From positions 1,393-65,392 of the forward strand of contig JBHPEY010000004.1 in NCBI GenBank assembly GCA_042576705.1: a DNA stretch of 64,000 nucleotides, read 5' to 3'. Below the pieces are notes generated by a model. That model saw only the letters and a program-made list of their open reading frames with translations. It was not told where the DNA came from and did not search any database. Positions 17,415 to 26,280 of the stretch are shown here, one piece after another. The first letter of the stretch is position 1, and each line of letters opens with the position of its first letter. Made by a program: the position numbers and the translations under genes. This DNA is from Nanobdellota archaeon. GTDB taxonomy: Archaea > Nanobdellota > Nanobdellia > Woesearchaeales > UBA11576.

Positions 17415-19120
17415 TTTTCATCACCCCTTTCTGTCTCGTCATCAGCATAAAGTTCTGCTTCGCCACCACCTTTCCCTATCTTTGCCATATCTTCATCATA
17501 CTCGACATTCTCTGCCTCGATATTCTTCAGCTTTCCGCGTTTCTCCTCGAGCAGTTCGCGAAGGTTTGTATCGATCTCTTCCTTCTGCCCGGGTGTAAGC
17601 ATCAAAAGCTCACCCAATGCATCCCCTATATGCGGTATGTATTTCTCGATATGGCTTCGTTTCTTCATCTCATTGTGAAGACGCTGCTTTTTCAGCACAT
17701 ACGAAGCAAGCTTTCGCCCGCATTCTTGGATAGCAAGCTTAATCTCCTTGATTATCTCCGGATAATGCGCGATTGCTTCCTTTGATTCTGATGTGAAAGG
17801 CACCCACACACTTCCCAGATGCACTGCGATTGTACAGGGCCCTACTGGCATGGCCCCTTTGCTCTGCGAGAGCCCATAGCTCCGCATGTTTGTCTGCATT
17901 ATCGATTGGCCGATAGCACAAGCACTCTGCTGGTACTGAAGTGGCACCCGATTGGCATACCGAAGCAGCCGGGCCTGCTTGTCCCCTTCCTGTTCCCCGC
18001 CATAAGCGATACCTGCCTCGACAACAAACGGATTTCCCCGATACACAGATGGCGGCCGGGTAGTCACAGCATAGAACTCTGCCTTGATCTCCTTCTTCAT
18101 CCCCTTCTCAAACTCCACTGCGCCGATAGGTGTTACGCAGTCAGTAGGGGGATTCATGAGCTTTGTCTCATCTATGGCCTTTATCAGCCGTTCTGCCTGT
18201 TCCCTGCTGGCATTCTGCGGCTTGAAGTTGGTCAGCACGCCTGCCTTTTGCAGTATCTCTTTTGCAGCGCCAGCCCCGACCCGTGAGAAATCAGTGCACA
18301 GGAAGCTCTGCATCGTGCGGGCGTCTGTATCATTCATCATCTTGATAAGGAATCCGAGCTCGACACCTTTAGGGTGCGGCTTTATCTCCTTGGTCTCAAC
18401 AGGCAGGTCGCTTGTAGCGCGCGGGAAGATTATCTGCTCTGCTTTTGGGTTTGTATATATTATTGTAGTATGAGGGTTGACGATAGCGGTCTGTTTAAGG
18501 TAAGCATCGATGCTCTGGCTGCCTTTTTGATACATCGCTTCAAGATCGATCTCTATCCGCGTGCCGTGCTCCTTGTTCCACTCAACATCTTTCTCTTTCA
18601 GTATCTCTGGCCGGTTGTTAGCAGTGTCTACCTGCACCTCGCAGTAATATGCTGAATACTTAGGTCCTATCTTGGTTGTGATGCGCGCAGGTTTCCCTGT
18701 AGTCAGCTGCCCATACATCACAGAAGCGGATATTCCGATTCCCTGCTGCCCGCGGCTCATCTTGAGCCGATGGAACTTGCTGCCGTAGAGCAGCTTCGCG
18801 AATATCTTACCAACTTGTTTCTTCACGATTCCAGGTCCATTGTCCTCGACAATCACCCTGAAACGGTTAGACCCCATGTCAATCACTTCAACGCTTATCT
18901 CAGGAAGTATCTTTGCCTCCTCGCAGGCGTCGAGGCTGTTGTCCACAGCCTCCTTGATTGTGGTCATCAACGCCTTACGCGGGTTGTCGAACCCAAGAAG
19001 ATGTCGATTTTTTGAAAAGAACTCCGCAACGCTGATCTCACGCTGCTTCTTTGCCATCTCGTGCGCCTTTGTACTGCCTTTTGTCTCTTCACCTAGTTTT
19101 TGCTGTGCCAATTCATTCAC
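17411..19120 (-). CDS. top6B: DNA topoisomerase VI subunit B (GHKL ATPase)
   Basis: Bergerat fold motifs EAVDNSLDA, DNGPGI and GQQGIGIS; 569 aa. Confidence 0.93.
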   Translation of the reverse strand: MNELAQQKLGEETKGSTKAHEMAKKQREISVAEFFSKNRHLLGFDNPRKALMTTIKEAVDNSLDACEEAKILPEISVEVIDMGSNRFRVIVEDNGPGIVKKQVGKIFAKLLYGSKFHRLKMSRGQQGIGISASVMYGQLTTGKPARITTKIGPKYSAYYCEVQVDTANNRPEILKEKDVEWNKEHGTRIEIDLEAMYQKGSQSIDAYLKQTAIVNPHTTIIYTNPKAEQIIFPRATSDLPVETKEIKPHPKGVELGFLIKMMNDTDARTMQSFLCTDFSRVGAGAAKEILQKAGVLTNFKPQNASREQAERLIKAIDETKLMNPPTDCVTPIGAVEFEKGMKKEIKAEFYAVTTRPPSVYRGNPFVVEAGIAYGGEQEGDKQARLLRYANRVPLQYQQSACAIGQSIMQTNMRSYGLSQSKGAMPVGPCTIAVHLGSVWVPFTSESKEAIAHYPEIIKEIKLAIQECGRKLASYVLKKQRLHNEMKKRSHIEKYIPHIGDALGELLMLTPGQKEEIDTNLRELLEEKRGKLKNIEAENVEYDEDMAKIGKGGGEAELYADDETERGDEK

Positions 19121-19694
19121 CGTCTTTTTTTAATTCTATTTTGCCGATTCCTAGCATCCTGTTCCGCTCAAGCTCTTTTATCTTTTTCTCGAGCCACCGA
19201 TATACTGAAGTGTGAGTGCCCCCTGCAAGCAGGCTCTCAATAGCACGTCGTGCAAGCATGACGTTCTCACCTTCACCTATTATTCCTATGGTTTTTCCAT
19301 AGACGCTTATGTGTGTCTCTGTAGATTCTTCAATATGCTTTCGGGTCTTTCCCTCTGTACCGATGATGCGCGCTTTCAACCGCATAGCAGTTCTCTGTGA
19401 CTTGCCGACGTAGTCAGATATGTTCAACAGCTCAAAAGCACAGTCAGATTTTAGTATCTGCAGCGCAATATCAGGACTGAACCCCCGACCGATAGCCTTG
19501 ATGATCTCCCGAGCCGAAAACAACCCCAAGCTATCCTCGCCAGTGATGCGGACATCCCCTTCCTTGGAATCAATAAAGATGTGCGAAGCAGTCTCATCCT
19601 CAATCAGCTTCTTGACATCACCCTTTGTACCTATAAGTACTGCAATCCTTTCCTTAGGGATCTTCAGTTCATATGAATATTCCATATCGTCCAT
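19113..19694 (-). CDS. KH-domain RNA-binding protein (aDim2/Pno1-like)
   Basis: Two KH motifs (VLIGTKGDVKKLIE and RIIGTEGKTRKHIE). Lies downstream of the Rio-type kinase, a commonly seen pairing. Confidence 0.8.
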   Translation of the reverse strand: MDDMEYSYELKIPKERIAVLIGTKGDVKKLIEDETASHIFIDSKEGDVRITGEDSLGLFSAREIIKAIGRGFSPDIALQILKSDCAFELLNISDYVGKSQRTAMRLKARIIGTEGKTRKHIEESTETHISVYGKTIGIIGEGENVMLARRAIESLLAGGTHTSVYRWLEKKIKELERNRMLGIGKIELKKDGE

Positions 19695-19724
19695 TTTGAA
19701 TCATGAATTTAATGTTAAATTTGA

Positions 19725-19857
19725 CCACGAACCCGGTCGCTGCAAACTGTTTGCGTATCGTTTTTGGCCGAAGCTTCAGGCTCTGCCTGACGGCTTACCG
19801 AATCTTTGATTCGGGAAGAGCCCTTTTCATTATATCGTTTCTTTTACTGAAGCGCAA
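19725..19857 (+). repeat. conserved intergenic element, copy C (central hairpin expanded)
   Basis: CCACGAACCCGGTCGCTGCAA-ACTGTTTGCGTATCGTTTTT-GGCCGAAGC..[branched insert containing CCGAATC-TTT-GATTCGG and GGCTCT..AGAGCC]..-CTTTTCAT-TATATCGTTTCTTTTACTGAAGCGCAA. Confidence 0.75.
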
Positions 19858-19906
19858 GCGGATATGAAAACAATGACATCAAAAGCCGAAGCAGCAATAT
19901 TAATTC

Positions 19907-20611
19907 TCACCCAACAATCTTCGCCTTCACCTCATCCGTATCGAGCAAAACATCCATCTTCTTGAAAAACCGGACCATGTTCTTTATATCCCTTTCTAAA
20001 AGCTCCATGGCATTGATGCTCTGAGTGACCGTGCCCTGCGACATGTCGATGAAAACTGGCTTATCATTCTCATTCAATATGTTGAACTCAGACAGATCAC
20101 CATGCACAAGCCCTGCCTTCCACATCTTCTTCATGTAATCAATAACCTTTGCAGCATACTTCTCCCCATCTTCAGGATAGTCATCCTTCAACTTAGGCGC
20201 AGCCGCACCCTTTCCTATATGCTCTAGCAGCAATATATTGTGCTTACAAAGCATAGGTAACGGCACCCGAACTCCTGCCTCCCGCGCCTTCATGAGGTTT
20301 CTGAATTCCCTCTGTGCCCAGGTAAAGATAATCTCCCTTTTCTTAGCTTTCAGGTTCACATACCGCGCATCATACTTGATATAATCGTACATCCGGTTGA
20401 AGTCGCAGGTCTCCAGTCGATATATCTTGATGATGATTAGCTCACCATCCTCTTTCACTGCAGAGAACACATTAGCTTCTTTACCGATAGATATTGGGCT
20501 TTTCAGCTCCTCAAAATGCCCTTTAGAACTCAACTCAAACAGGTTTCGGACCGTGAAGTTGTCAAATACATTACCCCAGGTCTTGAATTTCTCGCGTGTG
20601 ATTTTGGCCAT
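19907..20611 (-). CDS. rio1: RIO-type serine protein kinase (Rio1-like)
   Basis: SIGKEANVF, IIKIYR, HGDLSEFNIL and FIDMSQ motifs; 234 aa. Confidence 0.88.
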   Translation of the reverse strand: MAKITREKFKTWGNVFDNFTVRNLFELSSKGHFEELKSPISIGKEANVFSAVKEDGELIIIKIYRLETCDFNRMYDYIKYDARYVNLKAKKREIIFTWAQREFRNLMKAREAGVRVPLPMLCKHNILLLEHIGKGAAAPKLKDDYPEDGEKYAAKVIDYMKKMWKAGLVHGDLSEFNILNENDKPVFIDMSQGTVTQSINAMELLERDIKNMVRFFKKMDVLLDTDEVKAKIVG

Positions 20612-21495
20612 TTTGGTGTGGATCTACAAATTTGGAGGTGATAGGGGCCAGGAATGACCCCTCCTTTAAATACCTATCCTGGACAACAACCAGTTTTACC
20701 ACCAACAAGTAGCAAAAAAACGAAAGATTTATATACCACCTATATATCACTGAGTAGTAACAAAAAGAGATTTCACAATCATCAAAAACTCATGTTATGC
20801 TGTCTAAACACCTCTTTTCCCAGGCAAGTGCTTTGCATTTGCCCGGGTTTTATACTCATCCATACTAAATGATCACCTCTTTTTCCCCAGCGGGGTTCTG
20901 CTTGCAGAACCCTGCCAGGGTTTTTAAATCATGTTTTGGAAGACTAAAACTCGCATGTTTGCGAGTTTGAGGAATAGAAAACCTCTTGGGGAGGTTTTCT
21001 ATAAGTTCTGACAGCTCAACATAAGGGTTTAAATAGCATACTTACATGTATTATATTTACGCCAATTGTGCAAATGGGTCCTTTTAAGAGCCTGACAAAA
21101 TGTCTAGCAAGGATTTAAAGACACTCTTGCACAATACAGCCCGACGCGAGAGTACTCAAGGAAGCTGTCGATAAAAATCAAGCTATGAGCTTGGGAGTTA
21201 GTGTTTCGGGCGACATACCTTTTTTAAAGGCATAATCATTATTAACAGGCGCTTTAAAGCGCTAATCAGAACATAACTGCATATCAGAATAACTGGACTA
21301 TACAAGAACAAGAACACATATCATTTTCACGATCATTATTCATTTGAAATTGTTTTTCGATATTGGTTTGGGAGTTTAAAGCTCTTGTTCTATAGTCCTA
21401 TGTAAGGTAGAGTTTCATTCATTATTCAATGAAACAGCGCAGATAAAGTATGGCGCGATCTTATTCTGAATGCAGTAACCAGAAGGTGAAAGGAA
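20612..21495. other. 884-bp non-coding, AT-rich, hairpin- and TTTAAA-rich gap at a divergent strand switch
   Basis: No ORF of 60 aa or more with coding character. Perfect hairpins at 20892..20913, 20947..20968 and 20974..21002. A 14-bp palindrome GCGCTTTAAAGCGC at 21249..21262. A long inverted repeat 21295..21313 / 21383..21398. At least seven TTTAAA(T/G) boxes. Confidence 0.6.
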
Positions 21496-22785
21496 ATGGC
21501 AAAGATAAGTCAAGTTTCAGCTAAATATATAGTGCACGCTACGATCGATATTGAAGGCGTTGTTGAACGGCCAGATGTGATAGGTGCAATCTTCGGCCAG
21601 ACCGAAGGTCTGCTTGGAGAAGACCTCGAGCTGAGGGAGCTCCAGAGATCCGGAAGGATCGGCAGGATTGAAGTGAATACAGAGACCCGGGCAGGTAAGA
21701 CCAACGGGTCGATAATAATCCCTTCAAGCCTGGACAAGGCAGAGACTGCGATAATCGCAGCAGCTCTGGAGATAATCCAGCGCATAGGTCCGTGCAATGC
21801 AAAGATCAAGGTGCAGAAGATAGAGGATGTTCGCGTTTCTAAACGTAACTATGTTGTAGAGAGAGCCAAGGAGCTCTTGAAGAACCTGACTCACGGTGTT
21901 CTTCCTGATTCTCAGGAGATCGCTGATGAGGTGGCCCACTCTGTAAGGATGATGGAAGTGATGGAGTATGGCAAGGATAGGTTGCCTGCAGGTCCTTCTA
22001 TAGATGATTCTGAAGATATCATTGTGGTAGAAGGTCGCGCAGACGTGCTTAACATGCTCAAGCATGGTTTCAAGAACATCATTGCGATGAACGGCACATC
22101 TGTTCCCCAGACAATCATCAATCTCTCAAAGCAGAAGACATTGACTGCTTTTGTTGATGGTGATCGCGGTGGTGACCTTAACATCCAGGAGCTGCTCCAG
22201 GTAGCAGAGCTGGACTTCGCCTGCAAGGCGCCGGACGGCAAGGAGGTCGAGGAGCTCACCAAGAAGGAGATACACAAGGCTCTCCGTTCCAAGGTGACTG
22301 GCGAGCAGGCCAAGCTTGAGTTTACGAGCAAAAGCGCAAGCCATAGGAGCAGCAGGCCGCAGCAGTCAGCTCCATCGAGGTTTCAGCCGCAGTCAAGACC
22401 TCCGCCGAGAGGAAGCATGCCGTCTCACAGGCAGCCACTGCCTTCGCGACCATCGCCAAGAGCAGCACCTGCTCCAAGAGGACCCTCTGTCTCAGATGCT
22501 GAGAAGAAGTCCTTCAAGCAGATGCTCGAGGATCTGATAGGCACAAAAGGCGCATACATACTGGATCCAAAGCTGAAGATACTGGGCAAGGTCCCGATTC
22601 CAGAGCTGACCACGACATTGAAGAGCCTGAGTTCAGGTGTCCACGCGATTGTCCTTGACGGGACTGTGGAGAAGGATGTCGTAGAGGCTGCTGAAAGGTC
22701 AAACGCTAAGTTCCTTATAGGGACTGATGCAAAGGCAAGAAGCACCAGGACAACTGTCCTGACAATGGAAGCGCTCGAGAAATAA
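21496..22785 (+). CDS. dnaG: archaeal DnaG primase-like protein (TOPRIM)
   Basis: IIVVEGRADVLNMLKHGFKNIIAMNGTS and FVDGDRGGD TOPRIM motifs. A Ser/Pro/Arg-rich insertion precedes the C-terminal domain. Confidence 0.9.
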   Translation: MAKISQVSAKYIVHATIDIEGVVERPDVIGAIFGQTEGLLGEDLELRELQRSGRIGRIEVNTETRAGKTNGSIIIPSSLDKAETAIIAAALEIIQRIGPCNAKIKVQKIEDVRVSKRNYVVERAKELLKNLTHGVLPDSQEIADEVAHSVRMMEVMEYGKDRLPAGPSIDDSEDIIVVEGRADVLNMLKHGFKNIIAMNGTSVPQTIINLSKQKTLTAFVDGDRGGDLNIQELLQVAELDFACKAPDGKEVEELTKKEIHKALRSKVTGEQAKLEFTSKSASHRSSRPQQSAPSRFQPQSRPPPRGSMPSHRQPLPSRPSPRAAPAPRGPSVSDAEKKSFKQMLEDLIGTKGAYILDPKLKILGKVPIPELTTTLKSLSSGVHAIVLDGTVEKDVVEAAERSNAKFLIGTDAKARSTRTTVLTMEALEK

Positions 22786-22797
22786 GAGAACAATTTT

Positions 22798-23289
22798 TTA
22801 TTTTATTATCTTTCTTTTTAATCTATCATAATCGACCTTCTTGTCAGTCTCAACAACAAGCACTTTATGCCCAGATTCCTTAGATTCGGTCAGGCACACC
22901 TCAAATATCTCGCACTCAAGGTTCTCTTTGACTTTTGCATCTGAATATTTGCGCTGCTTGAGCCGCCTTTTCAGTAATTTGAGGTTGCATTTCGTAATGA
23001 CACAATGATCTACGCTAGCCGCAGGCATGTAATGAGAAAGATGTGAGTCAATCACGACCCCTTCACCAGCTTTCGCGTGCGTTTTCACCAGCCGGACAAG
23101 CACCCGACCAAGCTTTTTGACATCAACAACCCGACATCGCTTCTTGCGATCATACCCCTCGCCCAACTTCTCGCGGGATATGACCTTATTCACATCAATA
23201 TACACATAACCAAGCTTCTTTGCAAGCCGCATAGCTACAGTAGTCTTGCCAGTTCCAGGAGTGCCGGTCACGATTATGGTTCTGCACAT
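22798..23289 (-). CDS. adenylate kinase isoenzyme 6 / Fap7-like NTPase
   Basis: MCRTIIVTGTPGTGKTT P-loop, VIDSHLSH, KRRLKQRKYSDAKVKENLECEIF. I chose the start at 23289 because CTTAAATAA lies about 25 nt upstream. The track's longer ORF to 23388 reads into intergenic DNA. Confidence 0.8.
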   Translation of the reverse strand: MCRTIIVTGTPGTGKTTVAMRLAKKLGYVYIDVNKVISREKLGEGYDRKKRCRVVDVKKLGRVLVRLVKTHAKAGEGVVIDSHLSHYMPAASVDHCVITKCNLKLLKRRLKQRKYSDAKVKENLECEIFEVCLTESKESGHKVLVVETDKKVDYDRLKRKIIK

Positions 23290-23359
23290 GGAAGAAAGAA
23301 TGAGAAAGAGATTATTTAAGGTTTTGGAGTGGAAGAGGTGAGGACTGAGCCGCAGTTGA

Positions 23360-23464
23360 CCACGCACCAGGCCGCTGCAACCAAGCATCCTGGTTCTAAG
23401 ACTGTTTGACTAAAATTCAGGCCGAAGGCCTAGTCCTATATCGTTTCTTTTACCTGAAGCGCAA
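23360..23464 (+). repeat. conserved intergenic element, copy D (extra hairpin after CCACG)
   Basis: CCACG-[CACCAGG CCGCTGCAACCAAGCAT CCTGG]-TTCTAAGACTGTTTGACTAAAATTCA-GGCCGAAGGCC-TAGTCC-TATATCGTTTCTTTTACCTGAAGCGCAA. Confidence 0.8.
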
Positions 23465-23500
23465 GCGCAAAAAGGAAATGTTCATTCAGCGCCTTTTTGT

Positions 23501-23637
23501 GAGGGGGTCGCCGTAGCAACACGCATGGCAAATCCGACTATGATGCCTTCACTCGCTTCGCGAGCTCGGCATGCGGATTTGCGACTATTGTAGTTTCTCA
23601 ATTTCCCACCCACCTCCCCTAAATTGGCGACCCCCTC
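23501..23637. ncRNA. candidate structured RNA closed by a 12-bp GC clamp
   Basis: GAGGGGGTCGCC (23501..23512) pairs with GGCGACCCCCTC (23626..23637). Nested 9-bp helix GCAAATCCG/CGGATTTGC, then ATGCC/GGCAT and CTCGC-TTC-GCGAG. Strand undetermined. Confidence 0.35.
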
Positions 23638-23818
23638 GATGGTGTAAGGGCGAGAAAAGCAACAGCTTATGCTCCATAAGAATTAGATGGTATTGATATT
23701 GCAGATGCTGAAAATAAAACAAAAAATTAAAGCAGAACCGCAACACATACATGCCCAACCGTGGAGGAGGTTAGCTCTCCGGTAAGCAGTGTTGCAGTCC
23801 TGCCTCTCAGGGTGTACA

Positions 23819-24784
23819 TTAACGTTTCCTGAGCGTAGGTCTTTTCTGCCTTCGCAGGAACCTGACAAGCAGCCCGATCAGCACGCCCAAGACTATCAGC
23901 GGCAGCAGCCATCCGATAAGCTCTATCATCCACCTAAAAGTAGACAACGAATGATTCAAGGCGTTCTTCACAGACCTCCATATCCCCCATTCCTTCACAA
24001 CAGGCACAGGTTCATACAGCGAAACAGTGACGCTGGACATGGCAACCCGATTCTTCAGATACCGCAGCTGCCCTTCCATACGCTCGACATTCTCTCGCAC
24101 CCTGGAAAGCTCGCGTTCGACCTGCATCATCTGGTTCACATTGGACGCATTCTCATACATCTCAAGCAGCCTTTTCTCCTGCACCTGGGAATTGTTCACC
24201 CTTGCCTGCAGGTCGATGTACTGCTCTGTCACATCCTGGCCATTGATGTTCTTCGACCTTATCTCTCCAAGTAGCGAAAGCTCTGCCAACACTGCATCGA
24301 AGTGTATCTCCGGCACCCGGATTGTGACACTGCCGCTCTTCTGGTTCTTGTACGAACTCCCGTGCGAACTGGATACGAACCCGCTGTACTTCTTCGCGAA
24401 CATCTCGACCTTCTGCGAAGCGATAAAGAAATCATCCACCTCGAGCCGGATGTTTCCGGTCCGGATTATCTGGGTTTCAGTATCGACATCATCCCCATCA
24501 CCATAATGGTTGTTGTCATAATAAGGCGGCATGTATCCCTTGCGATACATGGTAGGTTCAGACGCACCCATCGCATAAGACTCTTCCATCTCATAATCTG
24601 CACCAGTATCATAGTCAACAGCAACAGCCTGCGATGCCGTAGATACCATCACACCAGAACTTCCTTTGTTATACTCCCAATCATCACCCTCAAGCACGCT
24701 CTTGGCACACCCGACAGCGAACAACAAAGCAAAGATCGCGAACGCGACCAATGTCCATTTCAGATATTTTTTCATAATAATCAA
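23819..24784 (-). CDS. DUF4349-like lipoprotein with C-terminal TM anchor
   Basis: Signal plus FAVGC lipobox, TGNIRLEVDDFFIASQKVEMFAKKYSGFVSSS, a coiled-coil middle and the hydrophobic C-terminus IELIGWLLPLIVLGVLIGLLV. Confidence 0.5.
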   Translation of the reverse strand: MIIMKKYLKWTLVAFAIFALLFAVGCAKSVLEGDDWEYNKGSSGVMVSTASQAVAVDYDTGADYEMEESYAMGASEPTMYRKGYMPPYYDNNHYGDGDDVDTETQIIRTGNIRLEVDDFFIASQKVEMFAKKYSGFVSSSHGSSYKNQKSGSVTIRVPEIHFDAVLAELSLLGEIRSKNINGQDVTEQYIDLQARVNNSQVQEKRLLEMYENASNVNQMMQVERELSRVRENVERMEGQLRYLKNRVAMSSVTVSLYEPVPVVKEWGIWRSVKNALNHSLSTFRWMIELIGWLLPLIVLGVLIGLLVRFLRRQKRPTLRKR

Positions 24785-24905
24785 CCTCCTAAAGTTTGAT
24801 ATGTTCTATAACGCGCAGAAGATATTTATACCGTCGAGTAGGTTGCAAGACGAGTTGAAGTCAAGAACGAGTAGAAGAAGGCCTAGAAACACATTTTAAA
24901 GAAGT

Positions 24906-25721
24906 TTATCTGTTCCGGATTCTCTTTACAATATAATCAACAAGAAGATAGACAACAACACCCGAAACAGCTCCAATCAAGAACCACAACGCGATCTCTG
25001 GAGCCTGACTGATAACAGAACTCCCGCCACCCCACACCTCAGGCACCCTCTCGACAACAACCTGCTGCGCAGCAGGCGGAGCGTGAGTGACAACAGCCTC
25101 TGCAGCTTTAGGCACAGCCTGTTGCGCCTCAGATTCAACCACCTCAGACACTGTCCTGACAACTGCATCATCCACACCTGTAGCGACAGCTTCACCAGCA
25201 CCATCAGCCACAGCTTCTTCAGCAATCTCAGAAGCGCCGTACGCCATACTGTTGGCAGTATCCATGTCAGCGCTAGATTTCATCGCACCCCTCATAGGCG
25301 CAGCCAGCATCTCCGAAGCCCCAAAACTGCCAGAGAACAATTTTATCACACCTGCAGCAAATCCCATGATCAATGCAGTAGGGATTATCGACTTCAACTT
25401 CTCCCGTATAAGTGCTTTCTCACCCTCTGGAGCGATGATCACATACTGATTAGCAAGGCGATAATGATTCACTTCCTTTCCTTTTGCAGAATAATGATAC
25501 TCATCGCACTTCACAAGCCGCGCAGTCAGAAGTGCCTTCATGTTGTAATGCACAGTAGAGATGGGTATCTTGAGATCCTTGGAGATATCAGACTCTGTGG
25601 CATCCTTCTTGTCAGCCAGATGATCCAGCATCTTCCTGCAGGTATTGTTGCTGATGACCTCAGCCAGCTTCTTTGCCTTGTTTTCCTTCAACGACACCAG
25701 TAGGAACGATTTCTTTGCCAT
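24906..25721 (-). CDS. membrane-tethered ArsR-type winged-helix regulator
   Basis: N-terminal wHTH (CRKMLDHLADKKDATESDISKDLKIPISTVHYNMKALLTARLV), then two TM helices flanking an Ala/Val/Glu-rich segment. Confidence 0.6.
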   Translation of the reverse strand: MAKKSFLLVSLKENKAKKLAEVISNNTCRKMLDHLADKKDATESDISKDLKIPISTVHYNMKALLTARLVKCDEYHYSAKGKEVNHYRLANQYVIIAPEGEKALIREKLKSIIPTALIMGFAAGVIKLFSGSFGASEMLAAPMRGAMKSSADMDTANSMAYGASEIAEEAVADGAGEAVATGVDDAVVRTVSEVVESEAQQAVPKAAEAVVTHAPPAAQQVVVERVPEVWGGGSSVISQAPEIALWFLIGAVSGVVVYLLVDYIVKRIRNR

Positions 25722-25868
25722 GCTGTATATGTAGGCAGCCGCTTTATAAATAAGTGGCGATTGTTTCGAGCTCAGTTGAAGCTATTTCTGTATCTGATGC
25801 TGCGCCATACAGCCTGAAACCCCTAAAATCAGCCAAAAAACGAAACATTTATATACTCTTTTTCTTAC

Positions 25869-25988
25869 ATTCAGAAAAACAGTCGAAATTTCAAAAATTA
25901 TTTTATTATTTCAGACAAATAATTAGGCTTTCAGCAAATAATTTAGTATTTCAAAAAAACCTTCAGAAATTCAGAGAAGACTAAATTG
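25869..25988 (+). promoter_or_regulatory. six 20-bp-phased (T/A)TTCA(G/A)A repeats immediately upstream of the AbrB-like/giant-protein operon
   Basis: The TCA(G/A)A cores start at 25871, 25891, 25911, 25931, 25951 and 25971, exactly 20 bp apart. A TATA-like CATTTATATAC sits at about 25847..25857. Confidence 0.6.
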
Positions 25989-26276
25989 AAAAAGTATCCA
26001 AAGATTGTCCAGTGCGATAAGCGCGGGCAGATAGTGATCCCGAAGGACATCCGGCAGGAGCTTGGCGTAGACGAAGGTAGCGCTTTCTGGATGTACTCGA
26101 TAACCGAAGAAGGAATTCTACTGAAACTGGTTCCCGAGGACCGGCTCGAAGACCATAGCAGGGTTATCAAGACAATCAAGGAGAAGTCCGAGAAGATAGG
26201 CATCCAGGCAGAGAAGATCGACCACACTGTAAAGACATACAAGAAAAGACCAAAGGGCAGACTGGAGGAGATCTGA
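25986..26276 (+). CDS. AbrB/MazE/SpoVT-type DNA-binding protein
   Basis: VQCDKRGQIVIPKDIRQELGVDEGSAFWMYSITEEGILL is a swapped-hairpin barrel pattern. TTG start (no in-frame ATG upstream of the domain). The stop lies 4 nt before the giant gene's ATG. Confidence 0.7.
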   Translation: MKKYPKIVQCDKRGQIVIPKDIRQELGVDEGSAFWMYSITEEGILLKLVPEDRLEDHSRVIKTIKEKSEKIGIQAEKIDHTVKTYKKRPKGRLEEI

Positions 26277-26280
26277 CACG

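Noticed and set aside
20612-21495. Calling the long gap a replication origin
   Set aside because: There is no Orc1/Cdc6 gene in the window, and I cannot recognise ORB-type boxes by eye. It is kept as one hypothesis in the finding, not as an annotation.
23290-23388. N-terminal 33-aa extension of the Fap7-like ORF
   Set aside because: The P-loop starts right after the internal Met at 23289, which has a TATA box at leaderless distance. The extension runs into the start of repeat copy D.
25083-25703. 206-aa and 120-aa plus-strand ORFs
   Set aside because: They are antisense to the ArsR-type gene. The repeated GCT/GCA-rich segment keeps the opposite frames open.
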